From contig JAGIQG010000024.1 in the NCBI GenBank assembly GCA_024679065.1, forward strand, positions 3,038,001-3,102,000: a DNA stretch of 64,000 nucleotides. The letters are read 5' to 3'. The number at the start of each line of letters is the position of its first letter. Positions within the stretch are counted from its first letter, which is position 1. A program made the position numbers and the translations under genes. The notes below the pieces were generated by a model. The model had not been told where the DNA came from and made no database searches. It worked only from the letters and a program-made list of their open reading frames with translations. Below are positions 24,137-38,400 of this stretch, one piece after another. This stretch comes from Sphyrna mokarran (lineage: Eukaryota).

Positions 24137-24691
24137 ATATCGGGATGTGTTTAACACAAACTGCTGGAAACTAGGCATCAAAAACATCCTAATACTTGTT
24201 ATTGTTTACAATTGTTTACCGGCTTCCATTAGCACATCGCTCCTTCCAGAACCATCTCGGAGTTTCTGTGATAAGGAAATGATGATGTATGTTAGCATCA
24301 GCATAATGAATATTAACCCTTCACAAACTACAGCGTCCAGATAAACTGATCACTGGATTTTAAATTTCAATTCAAATTTCATCATCTGCTGCTTTGTGAT
24401 TCTTACCCTGGTGCTCGGGGCATTAGCCTGGGTCTCTGGATTACTGGTCAGTAACAACACTACTGTGCCACTGCCTCCTCCTTCATGTCAGACCCATTCT
24501 CCTGATGTTGGGGGGCAGTAACTCTCACTTCACTTTTTTTTTAAGGTCACTGACCATTTATCAGAATAAGGAGGAGTTTGAAATCTAACAGTATTTAACC
24601 AAGGGAGCATTGGCTAACATTCACTGTAAATCCACCCAGTAAAAATGTATCTGGGGCCCAGGATCTCAAACTATTGTTTACGAGGTGCAGT

Positions 24692-25288
24692 GACCTCCCC
24701 GCCCCAATAATGTGGACAATCTACAATCACCTAGAAACCTAGTGGTGATCCTCCAAATCCAATGTGAAGAAAAATGGCTCAACAATTACAATGCGCCCCA
24801 TATTGCAATGCTAATCAGACAGAACAGCTTCACTGGGCAGGACATGTCATTCTACTGCCAGACACCAGACCCACTGCTCTCTTTGGGAGGGGATGGTCGG
24901 GATGCCGATCTCCTTGTGAACCTGCTCCTGGGCCTGGCGAGACGCACTATCAATAGGTCCAGGCAGCGGGTGATCGGGAGGATGGTCTGTCCCAATTGTC
25001 TGCCCCTTTAGCACAGCTACATTCGTGGCCAGGTGTCCCTGGAGAGGGAGCATGCAGTATCCGTGAGCACAGGCGACACCTTCTGTGCCCGCTGGGCACC
25101 GCAGGGGCTGAGGTGTGTTATAGACTCCAACAATCACGTTTTGATTTGACATGTCTTAAGTTTCCTTTGTACTTCTTGTTTTTGTTTGGGCTGTTCCCCT
25201 TTCCTTTTGGGGAACTGCCCTTTTCACTTTGTCCTAATGTGATTTGAATTTGTTTACTTGGTTTGACCTAAAAGGACCCCCCCGCCCC
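24692..25288 (+). mobile_element. Chimeric RTE fragment + Tx1 LINE 3' end, flanked by a ~14-bp TSD
   Basis: EQLHWAGHVI (RTE) then DLLVNLLLGLARRTINRSRQ (Tx1); GACC(T/C)CCCCGCCCC at 24692 and 25275. Confidence 0.55.
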
Positions 25289-25857
25289 CACCCTACTGCT
25301 CTCTTCGGAATTTGGTCATGGTTTAGACACCACCTGTCCTGCGCATGGCAGAGTTTTCAGGTCACACACTGGGTGTAATCACCATCATTGAACCCATCAA
25401 ACCAGAGTGAGTCATATCATGCTCGATCCTGTGAGACTGCCTAAAGTGGATGGATAAACTGAATCTCAGAGTAACATTGAGTGCAATGCTTGTAAGAATG
25501 CTGCCATTCTCTCAGCTTCTCTCTGTGGCATCTGTTCAGAAGTGTAACTTTCTGTGCCAATGTTTTCTCAACCGAATGTTCTTACCCACACCTGCCGTTA
25601 CACCGCTACCCCTGCCCATTCAACAGAAACATTTAACCCACGCTCACATCCACAGTCAGACCCAACCACATCAGTTTAAAGGTTGTTTTTAAGCAAGTTC
25701 ACCAACTTACAGTTGGTGATTTATTATGGCAACACAGCAAGTTCAGCACGTGACCCAGATTTTAGAATCGATTTTTATATTTATTTGAGCCAGAAATAAT
25801 AAAATATCATCTCAATTTTTAATGTATTTAGTTATAGAAACAGTGACCTGAGTAATA

Positions 25858-26720
25858 TTTGATTTGTTTTGATGTATTATTGTTACATATATTAGTATAC
25901 AGTGAAAAGTATTGTTTCTTGCACACTATACAGACAAAGCATACTATTCATAGAGAAAGAAATGAGAGAGTGCAGAATGTAGGGTGTGGAGAAAGATCAA
26001 CTTAATGCAGGGTAGGTCCATTCAAAAGTCTGATGGCAGCAAGAAAGAAGTTGCTCTTGATGCATTTGTTGATACGTGACCTCAGAATTTGAATCTTTTT
26101 CCCAACAGAAGAAGGTGGAAGAGAGATTGTCCGGGTTGCATGGGGTCCTTGATTATACAGGTTGTTTTGCTGAGTTGGCGATAAGTGTAGACAGAGTCAA
26201 TGATGGGAAGCTGCATGATCGATTGGGTTACATTCACGACCTTTTGTAGTTTCTCACGGTCTTGGGCAGAGCAGGAGCCATACCAAGCTGCGATATAATC
26301 AGAAAGAATGCTTTCTATGGTGCATCTGTAAAAGTTGGAGACAGTTGTAACTGACATGCAAATTTCCTTGGTCTTCTTGGAAAGTAGAGGTGTTGGTGGA
26401 CTTTCTTAGCTATAGTGTTGGTTGGGAGGGGGTCCAGGACTGGTTGATCTGGTTGATCTAAAAATTTGAAGATTCCGATCATTTCTACTTCAACCCCATT
26501 GATGTAGACAGGGGCATGTTCTCCTCTATGCTTCCTGAAGTTGATGACAATCTCCTTCATTTTGTTGACATTGAGGGAGAGATTATTATTCCCTGTATCT
26601 TTTCTGTACTCTGTCTCATTATTGTTTCAAATCCAACCCATTATGGTGGTGTCATCAGTAAACTTGAAAATTGAATTGGGGGGGAATTTAGCCACACAGC
26701 CATAGGTGTAGAAGCAGGAT
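25858..26720 (-). mobile_element. Rex1/Babar-type LINE 3' fragment
   Basis: FYRCTIESILS..AAWYGSCSAQDR and KFTDDTTIMG motifs. Confidence 0.8.
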
Positions 26721-27779
26721 AGCAGGAGGAGGGTAAGGGTGGGGATAGAAGACATGCATTGACAGAAATCGCACTGGCATGAAGCTATCCCACAACATAC
26801 CAAGCAGTCACACTGAAATAAAACTCTGAAGATCTCATTAATGAGGCCAACGGGTAGCCCCCGAAACTGATCCCTCCTCCTTCCCATCTTTGAACTATCT
26901 GAGATTAAAATTCAGGCTTCCTGATTCCATCCTGTTTCCCATACCAAACAAATTATGGTGCCACCACCATATTATTAGGGTCAGCAGGCTTTGTAACAGT
27001 ATCATGCTATACTTTCATGAAATTATATGACTAATTTGTAATTCTTTCCCATCCTTGTACTTAATTCTTGTCATGTCCTTGCTCCTTCCAATCTATACAG
27101 TGATACCAAACCCTCACCCCCAATTCTCTGAGCATCAGCAGCCAGTCTCCCAGACTCCATGCTATGGAATTCCATCCCTAATCCAATCCTACTTTCAACT
27201 CCCATCCCCCTGTATGACCCTTTTTAAAACACAGAGCTTATCAAAGTTTTTGGTTAATGTTAACTTCTCTAGCTCATGTCTATGTGCCTCTGTAGCTACC
27301 TTTGTGACTTGTGTTGGAATGTTTATCCTTATTGAAGGCCTGATATACTGGTTCCTGTTGTACCAGTTTGTGTTGTTTAGTGTCTCACTGCATTGGATGA
27401 TCCATTTTAGCTAGCCTAACCAATAGGACTCAGACTGGGCAAAAGATATCCCATTTTGCTCTGTTCCTGTTTATTTTCTGTTGACTTAACAAATTTCCAG
27501 ACCATCTCACTGCCCTGTTTTAGATAAATGCTGTCAGGCCAAGAACAAACATTCCTCTCAAATCACCTGACAAGATTAAAGAAAATAGCTGGTCTGCTTT
27601 AGACACGTGTACATCAGAAATGACGCAAACTTGAAAATTTGCATGTATAAAGGTCAGCGTTGAAGTAATTCCAACCCACAATCTACCTTCCCGAACAGAA
27701 TCAGGGGACATTGATATAAAATAAGGGTCCCCTATTTAAGGCAGACATGAAGTTGTAAGTTCCCTGGACTGGTATTATG

Positions 27780-29070
27780 CATTCTCAGAGTTTTGAAAGA
27801 GGTTGCTAGAGGTAGTAGATGCATTGACAATCATCTTCCAAAATTCTGGAATGGTTCCTGAAGATTGGAAGATAGCAAATGTCACGTCACTATTTAAGGG
27901 AGGGAAAGAGAAAACAGAGAATTACAGAGTTATATCAGTAGTTAGGGAAATGCTGGAATCTTTATAAAGGATGTGATAGGTAGATACTTGGATAATCATG
28001 ATCTGATTGGGTATAGTCAGCATTGACTTACAAATAGGAAATTATGTTTAACTTGTTGTAAGGTTTTACTAAATAATCTGACAGAGGAGAGTCGACGGAT
28101 TGATTTCCAGAAAGCTTTTGATAAAGGTCCCACAAGACCTGATTAGTAAAATAAAAGCACATGGAATAGGGGGTAAGATACTGACATGGAGTGAGGATAG
28201 GCTAACAGGCAGAAAAGAGAGAGTAAGAATAAATGGGTCATTCTTGCATGAGCAGGCTGTGGTGAATGGGGTACTGCAGGGATCAGTACTAGAGTCCCAG
28301 CTGTTCACAATATATATCAATGATTTGGATGTGGGAACCAAATGTAATATTTCCAAGTTCACGGATGATATAAAGCTTGGCAGGAATGTATGGTGTGAGG
28401 AAGATGTAAAACAGGTACAGGAGGATTTGGACAGACAAGAACATAGAAAATGAAATATACTACGGAAAGGTGTAAAGTAATCCATTTTGGTAAAAGAAAC
28501 AGATGTACTTCCTAAATGGTTAGAAATTTAGAATATTAACCTTTTTCACAAGAGGATTTGTGTACAGAAGTAGTGTGGTCTTGCTTCGATTGTATAGAAG
28601 CTTGGTTAGACCACACGTGGAATACCGAGTGCAGTTTTGGTCCCCTCACTCAAGAAGGTTCATTATCACCAGATAAGGAAGCGCAATGAGGATTCACCAG
28701 GTTAGTCCTGGGGATAACGGGACTATCTTATGAAGAGAGATTGGGCAATCTGGGCCTGTATTCTCTGGAGTTTTAAAGGTTAAGAGGTGATCTCATTGAA
28801 ACCCACAAAATACTTTACGAAATAGACAGAGTTCTTGCAGATATTTCCGTAGGAGAGTCTAGAACCAGGGGAGAGGGAGGCACAATTTCAAAATAAGGGG
28901 GAAACAACTTAGGACTGTGATGAGGAGAAATTTCTTTACATAGAGAGTTGTAAATCTTTGGATTCTCTATCTCAGAGGGTTATGGGAGCTCAGCCACTGA
29001 ATATGCTTAAGGTAGAGATTGATAGATTTCTGATTATCAATAATGTAAAAGGATTAGAGGGATTGTGGGC
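27780..29070 (+). mobile_element. Degenerate CR1 RT fragment
   Basis: KVPQ..KIKAHGI..QGSVL..ISKFTDD. Confidence 0.85.
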
Positions 29071-30124
29071 AGTATTACCCCCAGTCCCACATTAAACCTT
29101 GCTATTGCCAGATTTGTTTTATATCACACTCTCCCCTACTTTGTTTTCCTCTTTTGAGAGACTTCTCTATCCAAGCCAATATACTACATCCAATCATGGG
29201 CTCTTATCATAAAATTTAATCTTTTGTGAGATACCTTGTTGGAAGCCTTTGGAAGTCCAAATACAACCAACTACTGGGTCCCCTCTATCCACTCTGGTTG
29301 AGACCAGAGGGTCTTCAGAAGGTGACATGATACTGTAGGAAGATTAACATCTGACTTTTTTTGAAAGCTGCAGGTGCCTTTCCTGAGAGACAAGCAGACA
29401 TTCCTGATCTGAACATTCCAACACACTCCTGTTTAGTCTCCAACATTTCACTCTCTCTAAACATGACGTCCTCCAGAACAATACTTCCAGTGGGTTTGTT
29501 TGCATCAAGTTCAGTTCCTCAGTCACACCTCGTGCTTCCTAGTTTACGTATTAATCTATCACCTGATTTGTTCAAGTTCCACAAACACTTCCTATTCTAA
29601 TTACGTGTTTTGATTATAATAAAGGAATTTCTGAATGATGTACTTACGAATTTGATGTGACTGTGCTTGGAGTGGGGATTCCTGTCTGACAGCATTTTTA
29701 AATGGGCCTAACCAACCGAATATATAATAATGTATTGTTACAGGTAGATTATCATCCTGTTTAAGACTCTTCAGCACTCAGTATGTCCAATTTGCATTGA
29801 CATAAATTGCCATGTGTAGAAACATCCCATCTCCCATTTAACCAATACATTCATTCTGGCTTTGTATTTCATGACCTGATTCTATCAAACTTTTCACTGG
29901 TGGAGATAGTCTCTGATTCAGCAAAAGGGGATGTTTACTGTAAATGATCCAACAGCTGTTCACAGTCCTATAGGAGTTGGGATGGTTTAAAAATAACTGG
30001 AAAAGTTCAAATATAAAGCATCATTGGGTTCTTGCTTATTATAGATTTAGGTTAGTTCTGGATAATTTTTTATGCAATATATATCCTCAAGACAAGACTA
30101 TTCTCCAGCAGGGCAGACTCCTGT

Positions 30125-31025
30125 ATAAAAGCAAATTACAGCGGATGCTGGAATCTGAACCCAAAAGAGAAAATAGTGGAAAATCTCAGCAAGTCTGGCA
30201 ACATCTGTAAGGAGTGAAAAGAGTTAACGTTGAGTTAACGTTGGGTTTGTCAAAGTTAAAAGGCTTTGAAAGTGGGAGATATTTATACTGCAGGGTGAGG
30301 GAATGAAAGTTGAATCATAGCCATAGAAACTGGGGGAAAGGCTGCTAATGGCAGCCCATAGAGAGGATAAAGGACAAACAGCAAAGAATCTGAAATCAGA
30401 GGGTTAGCTATGACAGATGAAAATGACAGGGAAGGGGGTGGAATGGTGGTGGTGGGGGAAGGAGGGAGGACATGGATGGGAGAGAGATCGAATTTAGAAA
30501 AAGGTGGAGAGGGAAAGCAAAGGGTGAGAAAAGGTAAGGACGGGAGCGGGAGGGGGGAAGGAAAATGAAGGAAGACAATGAAAGATAGAGAACAGTAAAA
30601 AATTAAAAATAGAATGAAAACAAAGCAGTGGAGATGGGGCAGAGCTCATTATCTGAGGTTGTTGAACTCAATGTTAAGACAGGAAGACTGTAAAGTGCCG
30701 AGCCCAAAAATGAAATGGTGTTCCTCTGGTTTGCGTTGAGCTTCACTGAAACATTGCAGCAAGCCAAGGACAAACACCTGGGTATGGGAACAGGATCATT
30801 AATAAAAGGGCAAACAATGAGAAGGTCAGGGTCGTGTGTCAGGGTCTGTCACAACTTACTCTCTGATTTCAGCTTTTCTGCCATTTGGCCGTTCACTCCC
30901 TTTATTCTCTCTATGGGCTGCCATTAGCAGCCTTTCCCCTGGTTTCTGTGCCTATGACTCACCTTCCATTCCCCCACTCTGCAGTATAAATATCTCCCAC
31001 ATTCTATGCCTTTTAGCTTTGACAA
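30125..31025. mobile_element. Penelope-like element remnant with inverted arm
   Basis: 30247-30375 is the reverse complement of ~30898-31025; pLTR-like gatgctggaatctgaa start. Confidence 0.6.
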
Positions 31026-31319
31026 GCACCATCTCTATAACAAGTCAGGTCATAAATACCTAATTATCTGGAGACTATATTAGATAATTACACAATACCA
31101 TGATGTAGTTTATTGAAAATATTGTAAGAATCGTTACCAGAGTGGAAGGAAAACATTGAAAAATTCATATCAGCAAAACCCTCGCTATTTACTCTTTTTA
31201 AAAGAGCAGCCTCTATTTTGGGGGTTGGTTTCATTGTGAACCCTCGCCCAAGCGGTCAATATTCACAGGTGAGTGGGCTTTGAAAGAGATGAAAACAGCT
31301 ATTCGACTGCATGGGGCAT

Positions 31320-31620
31320 CACAGGGATTGGGACCAGGAAGTCATCGCCCGTGACGTCATCACCCGGAATCGCAGAAGCGCCGCCGGAAGTGCGTCAGCG
31401 CCGGGAGCGGGGTGAATGGCGACGGCACAGGGCCGGGCACCGGGGCCGAGGAGGTGGGGTGGGGGGACCCGGGGGTGGGGGGTGGTGGTATGGGTGTCCC
31501 GGGACTGGGGTGGGGGGGGGGCGGCTGCTCCATGTCTTCGCCTTTGTTTCACTTTGGGGCTGGAGGCTGCAATTCTGGCTGTTACCGGGGGCGGCGCTGT
31601 TTGTGATGTCTGGGCATGTG
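31320..31620 (+). promoter_or_regulatory. CpG-island, housekeeping-type promoter
   Basis: CpG-dense; CRE TGACGTCA 31352-31359; ETS/GABPA CCGGAAGTG 31384-31392; possible donor GGG|gtgaat at 31411/31412; G-tracts 31440-31522. Confidence 0.75.
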
Positions 31621-32459
31621 CAGTAAGTGCTCCCCCTGGTGTTGCAGCCGGGGCTGTGCAGGACTGAGTCGTGGTGGTGAAGAGTTACCCTGCTGGATAC
31701 TCAGCACTGAGTAATCATTACACTGAGACCCAGGCCAGAAACTTCAAGGTGTTTTATAAAGTTAGCCTTCACCTTATATTCTTATCTTTGAATTTGGTAC
31801 AGGTGAGCTTAAGGTGCTTCAGTCCAGGTATGATTCAAGTGACCCAGTTTTTTAGCTTTTATCAAATGGAAGTTTATTTATGAACAGTTGAAATGTAATA
31901 AAAAGAATTAGCATAATTTTTACCAATTACAAGAATTATACACAACACAGCATAAACGTTAACAGCTATGATGTTCCAAGTCAAAGCACCCCACAAACAT
32001 ACAACCCTTTCTAGACTTAGCACAAAAAGCAAATATGCTCACGTGATGCTGCTTTTTGCAGTTTTTTAACATCTATGAATTGATCCTTTCACTTTGCAAA
32101 AGATCTGGACACTTCCCAGTCCTTCAGTAACAGAGAACATCAGCTGAAGATATTCTGGTGCCAAAATAAAATGTTTAGAGCTCTCCAGAAAAAAAACTGC
32201 AAAGGAACTTGATGAAAAGATATTTCTTACAGTGCTGGTATGGTCACAATTGTCATGTGCTAAGATACAGTGAAAAGTATTGTTTTGGATGCTTTCCATT
32301 CAAATTATACCGTACAAAGATACATCAGGGGAGTAGAACAGAGTGCAGAATGTGATGTTACAGCTACAAAGAAGGCACAGAGAATATGAGTTCGGTATCA
32401 GAGATATCCGTTCAAAAGTCTGGACTCAGCGAGAAAAATGCTGTTCTTGAATGTATTGA

Positions 32460-33529
32460 TTTGATATATATTGTTTCTTCGCTCTGTTGAGACAAAGCAT
32501 ACCATTCATAGAGAAGTAAAGGAGAGAATGCAGAATGTTGTGTTACAGTCATATCCAGGATATAGCGAAATATCAACTAAATTTGAAGTAGGTCCATTGA
32601 ATTGTCTGACAGCAGCAGGGAAGAAGCTGTTCTTGAGTCAATTGGTATGTGTCATCGGACTTTTGCATCTTTTTCCTGACAGAAGAAGGTAGAAGAGTGT
32701 ATCCGGGGTGCGTAAGGTCCTTGATTCTGCTGGCTGTTTTTCTGAAGCAGCAGGAATTGTCGACAGAGTCAATGGATGGGAAGCTGCGTGATGGATTGGG
32801 CTCCATTCACAACCCTTTGCAGTTTTTTTATGGTGTTAGAGAGAGCAGAAGCCATACCAAGCTGTGATACACCAGAAAGAATACTTTCTATCGTGCACCT
32901 ATAAACATTGGTGGGAGTTGTAGCAGACATGTCAAATTTCCTGTGTCTTCTGAGAAAGTAGAGGCATTAGTGGGCTTTCTTAACTGTAGCACTGATGTAG
33001 AAGGACCAGGACAGGTTGTTGGTGATCTGGACACCTAAAAACTTGAAGCTCTCCATCTTTCCTACTTCATCCCACTGACGTAGAGAGGAGCAAGCCCTCC
33101 ACTATTCTTCCTGAACAATGACAATCCCCTTCATTTTGTTGACTTTGAGGAAAAGATTATTGTTGTTGCAACAGTTCACCAGATTCTTCATTTCCTGTAC
33201 TCTGTCTCGTCATTGTTTGAGATCCGACCCACAACAATAGTGCCATTAGCGAACTTGAAAATTGAATTGGAGAGGAATTTGACCACACAAAGATGTGTGT
33301 GTAAGGTGTATCATAAGGGGCTGAGGACATAGCCTTGGGGCACTGATGTTGAGGATGATTGTGGAGACAGTGTTGTTGCTTATCCTTACTGATTATGATT
33401 TGTAGGTTAGAAAGTTCCGAATCCAATTGTAGAGGGAGGAGTTGAGCCCCAGGCCATGGACTTTGGAGATGAGTTTTATCAAATAGTGGTGTTGAAACCT
33501 GAGCTGTGGTCAATAAATAAGAGTCTGAC
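32460..33529 (-). mobile_element. Rex1/Babar-type LINE (host of the nested CR1 stack; resumes at 38837)
   Basis: Similar to the other Rex1 copies; ...GAGTCTGAC | ATAGGTGTC... rejoin across the insert. Confidence 0.75.
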
Positions 33530-34004
33530 TGGTTAGGGCAAGATTTGGGCCAGCCAGGGACAGTAGTGGGAAGTTGTGTGTGGAGCCTGAAGAGATTGGA
33601 GAGACACTGAATGAGTATTTTTCGTCAGTATTCACGCAGGAAAAAGTCAATGTAGCTGAGGACAATACTGAGATACAGGCTTTTAGAGTAGACAGGATTG
33701 AGGTACATAAGGAGGAGGTGTTAGCAATTCTTTGAGGGTATGAAAATAGATAAGTCTCCTGGGCCGGATGGGATTTATCCTAGGATTCTTTGGGAGGCTA
33801 GGGAGGAGTTGCAGAGTCTTTGGCTTTGATCTTCATGTCGTCATTGGTTACAGGTATAGTGCCGAAGACTGGAGGATAGCAAATGTTGTCCCCTTGTTCA
33901 AGAAGGGGAGTAGAGACCATCCTGGCAATTATAGACCAGTGATCTTTACTACTGTTGTGGGCAAAGTTTTGGAAAGAATTATAAAAGAAATAAAAGAATT
34001 ATAA

Positions 34005-34438
34005 GTCCAACAAGGGGCATACACGCAATGGGTTGTGAGAGGGCTGCTCTTGGATTTTTCGAGAGGAGCCTTTTGCCTCATGTCATTAGTGTATGCTTAA
34101 ACAGGACCAGTTGATGGGCAACACGACAGCTCAGTGACTATCACTGTTGCTGTGCAGATACAGGAATTTGGGCTGGTATCTGTGGGACTTTGCGTATTCT
34201 CCCCATGCTTGCGTGGGTTTTCTCCGGGTGCTCCGGTTTCCTTCCACACCCCAAAGATGTGCTCTTAGGCTGATTGGTGAAACGAATTGTCCCTAAATTA
34301 TCTTTTCAATTTGGTTTCAATGCAGATTTCCATTAACATAGCCAAGGATCATGGGTGGAAGTGGGAATGTTAAAATGGCGGTGCAAGCTCCTTGGGCTGA
34401 AGGGCCTGTTTCCCACACTGTATTGTTCTTTGTTCTTT
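34005..34438 (+). mobile_element. 3'-UTR-only copy of the SINE-bearing CR1 lineage
   Basis: Homologous to 17143-17520; (TTCTTTG)n tail; TSD GA(A/T)TTATAA. Confidence 0.8.
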
Positions 34439-35426
34439 GATTTATAATCATCTAGAGAGAAATAAATTGATTAGGGATAGTCAACACAGTTTTGTGAAGA
34501 ATAGGTCATGCCTCACAAACCTTATTGAGTTCTTTGAGAAGGTGAGCAAAGAGGTGGATAAGGGTAAAGCAGTTGATGTGGTGTATATGGATTTTAGCGA
34601 AGCATTTGATAAGATTCTCCATGGTAGGCTACTGTGGAAAATACAGATGCATGGGATTGAGGATGATATGGCAGTTTGGATCAGGAATTGGCTAGCTGAT
34701 AGAAGACAGAGGGTGGTGGTTGATGGGAAATATTCAACCTGGAGTTCAGTAACAAGTGGTGTACCTCAGGGATCTGTTTTGGGGCCACTGCTGTTTGTCA
34801 TTTTTATAAATGATCTAGATGAGGGTATAGAAGGATGGGTTAGTAAATTTGCTGACGACACCAAAGTCAGAGGAGTTCTAGACAGTGAGGATGGATATTA
34901 CAGTTTGCAGAGGGACACAGATAACCTGCCGAGCTGGGCTGAGAGGTGGCAAATGGAGTTTAATGCAGAAAAGTATGAAGTGATTCACTTTAGAAAGAGT
35001 AACAGGATTACAGAATATAGGGTCAATGGAAGGACTCTTGGTAGTATCGACAAGTGGAGAGAACTCGGTGTACGGGTGCATAGATCCCTGAAAGTTGGTA
35101 TCGAGGTTGTTAAGGAGGCGTAAGGTGTGTTAGCTTTTATTGGTAAAGGGATTGAATTTTGGAATAGTGAGATCATATTGCAACTGTAGAAAACGCTGGT
35201 GCAACTGCACTTTAAGTATTGTGTACAGTTCTGGTCGCCGCATTATAAGAAAGATATGGAAACATTAGAAAGGGTGCAGAGGAGGTTTACCAGAATGTTG
35301 CCTGGTATGATGGGAAGGTCTTATGAGGAAAGGCTGAGGGACTTGAAGTTATTTTCGTTAGAGAGAAGAAGGATAAGAGGTGACCTAACTGAGGCATACA
35401 AGATGATGAGGGTGGAGAGTGAGAGC

Positions 35427-38400
35427 AAAGAACAAAGAGCAACACAGCACGGGAAACAGGCCCTTCGGCCCAACGAGCCCATGCCGCCGTCCTAATGTCT
35501 TAATGACATATCCTTGACTTTAGGCTATGCCTATAGTTGAAGATTCCCATATTGGGACCAATATAGGGACAATTTGTTACCCAATCAGCCTAAGAGCACA
35601 TTTTTGGGATGTGGGAGGAAACCGGAGCACCCGGAGGAAACCCACGCAACCACGGGGAGAAAGCGCAAACTCCTGCAGACACAGGCCCAAATCCATGTGT
35701 CTGCACAGCAACAGCGATAGTCTCTGAGCTGTCATGATGCCAATCAGATGGTCCAGTTTAAGCATACACTGACGACGTGAAGCACTAGGCAACTCCTGAA
35801 GCACCCTACAAGAGCAGCTCTCGCACGACATGCCGCATGCATGCCCCTTGTTGGTCAACAAGGTGGACCGAATTGCCTGCGGAAACAAATAAGACTTAAT
35901 TAAGCATGCTAAAAAAAAACTAAGACATTCCCGAGACGAAACTAAAAGATAGTCTACTACTATTTGGTCCTCCCGATATTCAAACAGTCCTGCTATATCC
36001 CTCTATCTGCAGACCGCTCATGTGGCTGTCCAAGAGACCCTTAAGCAACCCTAACGTGCCTGCTCCCACCCCTTACTCTGCAGTGCATTCTACACCCCCA
36101 CTACCCTTTGTGTGAAAAACTGGCCTCTAATATTCTTCTTATACATAGCCCCCCTCACCCTGAGCCCGTGACTCCTCTTTCTATCTATTTCTAATGGTGG
36201 AAAAAGCTTACCACCATTTACTCTATCTATACCCCTCATAATCTTATATACCTCTAAAAGATCCCCTCTCAGCCGACGTCTTTCAAAGGAAAACAACCCC
36301 AGTGTTTTCAATCTTTCCTCGTAAGACAGCCCTTCCATACCAGGCAGCATCCTGGTAAATCTCCTCTGCACTCGCTCCAGGGCCTCTACATCCTTCCTGT
36401 AGTACGGCGACCAGAACTGGATGCAGTACTCCAGATGAGGCCTAACCAACGTTCTATACACCTGCAACATCAGACTCCTACTCTTGTATTCTATACCCCT
36501 TCCTATGAAGGCTAACATACCATACGCTTTTTTTACCACATTTTCCACCTGTACTGACACCTTCAGAGACTTGTGAACTTGCATCCCCAGGTCTCTCTGC
36601 ATCTCTATACTCCGGATAGTTTTACCTTTTATCCTATAACTCCCCTCTACATTATTCCGGCCAAAATGCATCACCTCGCATTTATCCGGATTAAATTCCA
36701 TTTGCCATCTATCTGCCCAGTCTACCAGCCTATTTTTGTCATGTTGTATTGCCAGGCACAGCTCCTCAGTACCCGCCAATCCAATCATCTTAGTGTCATC
36801 AGCAAATTTGCTGATCACACCACCTACCCCCTCTTCCAAGTCATTTATATACACCACAAATAGAAGGGGTCCTAGTACGGAGCCCTGTGGCACACCACTA
36901 GTGACAGACCTCTAGTTGGAAAAAGAGCCTTCTACTACTACCCGCTGTCTCCTCTTCCCAAGCCAGTTCTCAACCCATCTACATACCTGGCCCTGTATAC
37001 CATGCGCCTTCACCTTTTCTATCAGCCTACCATGAGGGACCTTATCAAACGCCTTACTGAAATCCATATAGACGACGTCAACGGCTTGTCCTTCGTCAAC
37101 CGTTTTTGTCACCTCTTCAAAAAAATTCCACTAGATTCGTAAGGCACGACCTCCCCTTAACGAAGCCATGCTGCGTATCCCTGATCAGATCGCAGCGCTC
37201 CAGATGCTCATACATCCTGTCCCTGAGGATCCTCTCCATTAGCTTACCTATAACTGAAGTCAAGCTCACCGGCCTATAGTTTCCTGGGTTATCCCTCTGA
37301 CCCTTTTTAAACAACGGTACTACATTTGCTATCCTCCAGTCCTCTGGGACCTCACCTGTGTCCAAAGAAGAGACAACGATTTGCGTCAGAGGCCCAGCAA
37401 TGTCATCTCTCACCTCCCTTAGCAGCCTGGGATAAATACCATCAGGCCCCGGAGCTTTATAAATCTTTATGCTACCTAAAAGCCCCAACACTTCGTCCCT
37501 CGTAATGATTATTTCCTTTAACGGGTCCTCAAATTCCTCAAAGCCGGCATTAGACATCAGGCCCCTCTCCCGCGTGAATACCGACGCAAAGTATTCATTC
37601 AGGATCTCCCCCATTCCCTCAGGCTCTAAGCATAGATCCCCTCCTCTGTCCCTGAGAGGTCCAATCTTCCCTCTAACCATCCTTTTGCTCCTTACATAGG
37701 AGTAAAATGCCTTAGGATTTTCCTTAATCCTACCTGCCAAAGCCATTTTGTGGCCCCTTTTTGCCTTTCTGAAACCCCTTTTAAGATCCCATCTACACTG
37801 TCTATATTTTTCCAGCGCTGCCTCTGTCTCCAGTTGCCTGGATCTAACGTACGCCTCCCGCTTCTTCCTGACCAAGTCCTCAACATCCCTAGTAACCCAC
37901 GGTTCTCTAATCCTACCCTTCCCATCCTTCCTCCTTACCGGCACATGTCTTTCCTGCAAAAATTTTAGTTTTCTCTTGAAAGACTCCCACATGTGCAGTG
38001 TCGACCTACCCTCGAACAGCTTATCCCAGTCGGTATCCCTAAGATCCTGACTAATCTGGCTATATCTAGCCCTCCCCCAGTTTAACACCCTCCCCTTAGG
38101 GCAGGCTTCATCTTTTTTCCATTAATACCCTAAAGCAGACAGAGTTGTGGTCACTATTAGACACATGCTCTCCTACTACAACGTCAACCACCTGCCCTGG
38201 CTCATTCCCAGAACCAGATCCAGTATAGCCCCCTCTCTAGTCGGGCTATCCACATACTGCTCCAAGGACCCTTCTAAAACACACCGTACAAATTCCTCCC
38301 CGTCCGCACCTTCCGCTCTCAGCACCTTCCAATCTACCCCAGGGAAATTGAAATCTCCCATTACAACTACCCTATTCTTCCTACACTTATCTAAAATGTC

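Noticed and set aside
29560-29970. Plus-strand IgC paralog
   Set aside because: Only two short similarities, out of order, with no open frame
31273-31667. Gly/Arg-rich ORFs
   Set aside because: By-product of the GC-rich CpG island; no recognisable domain
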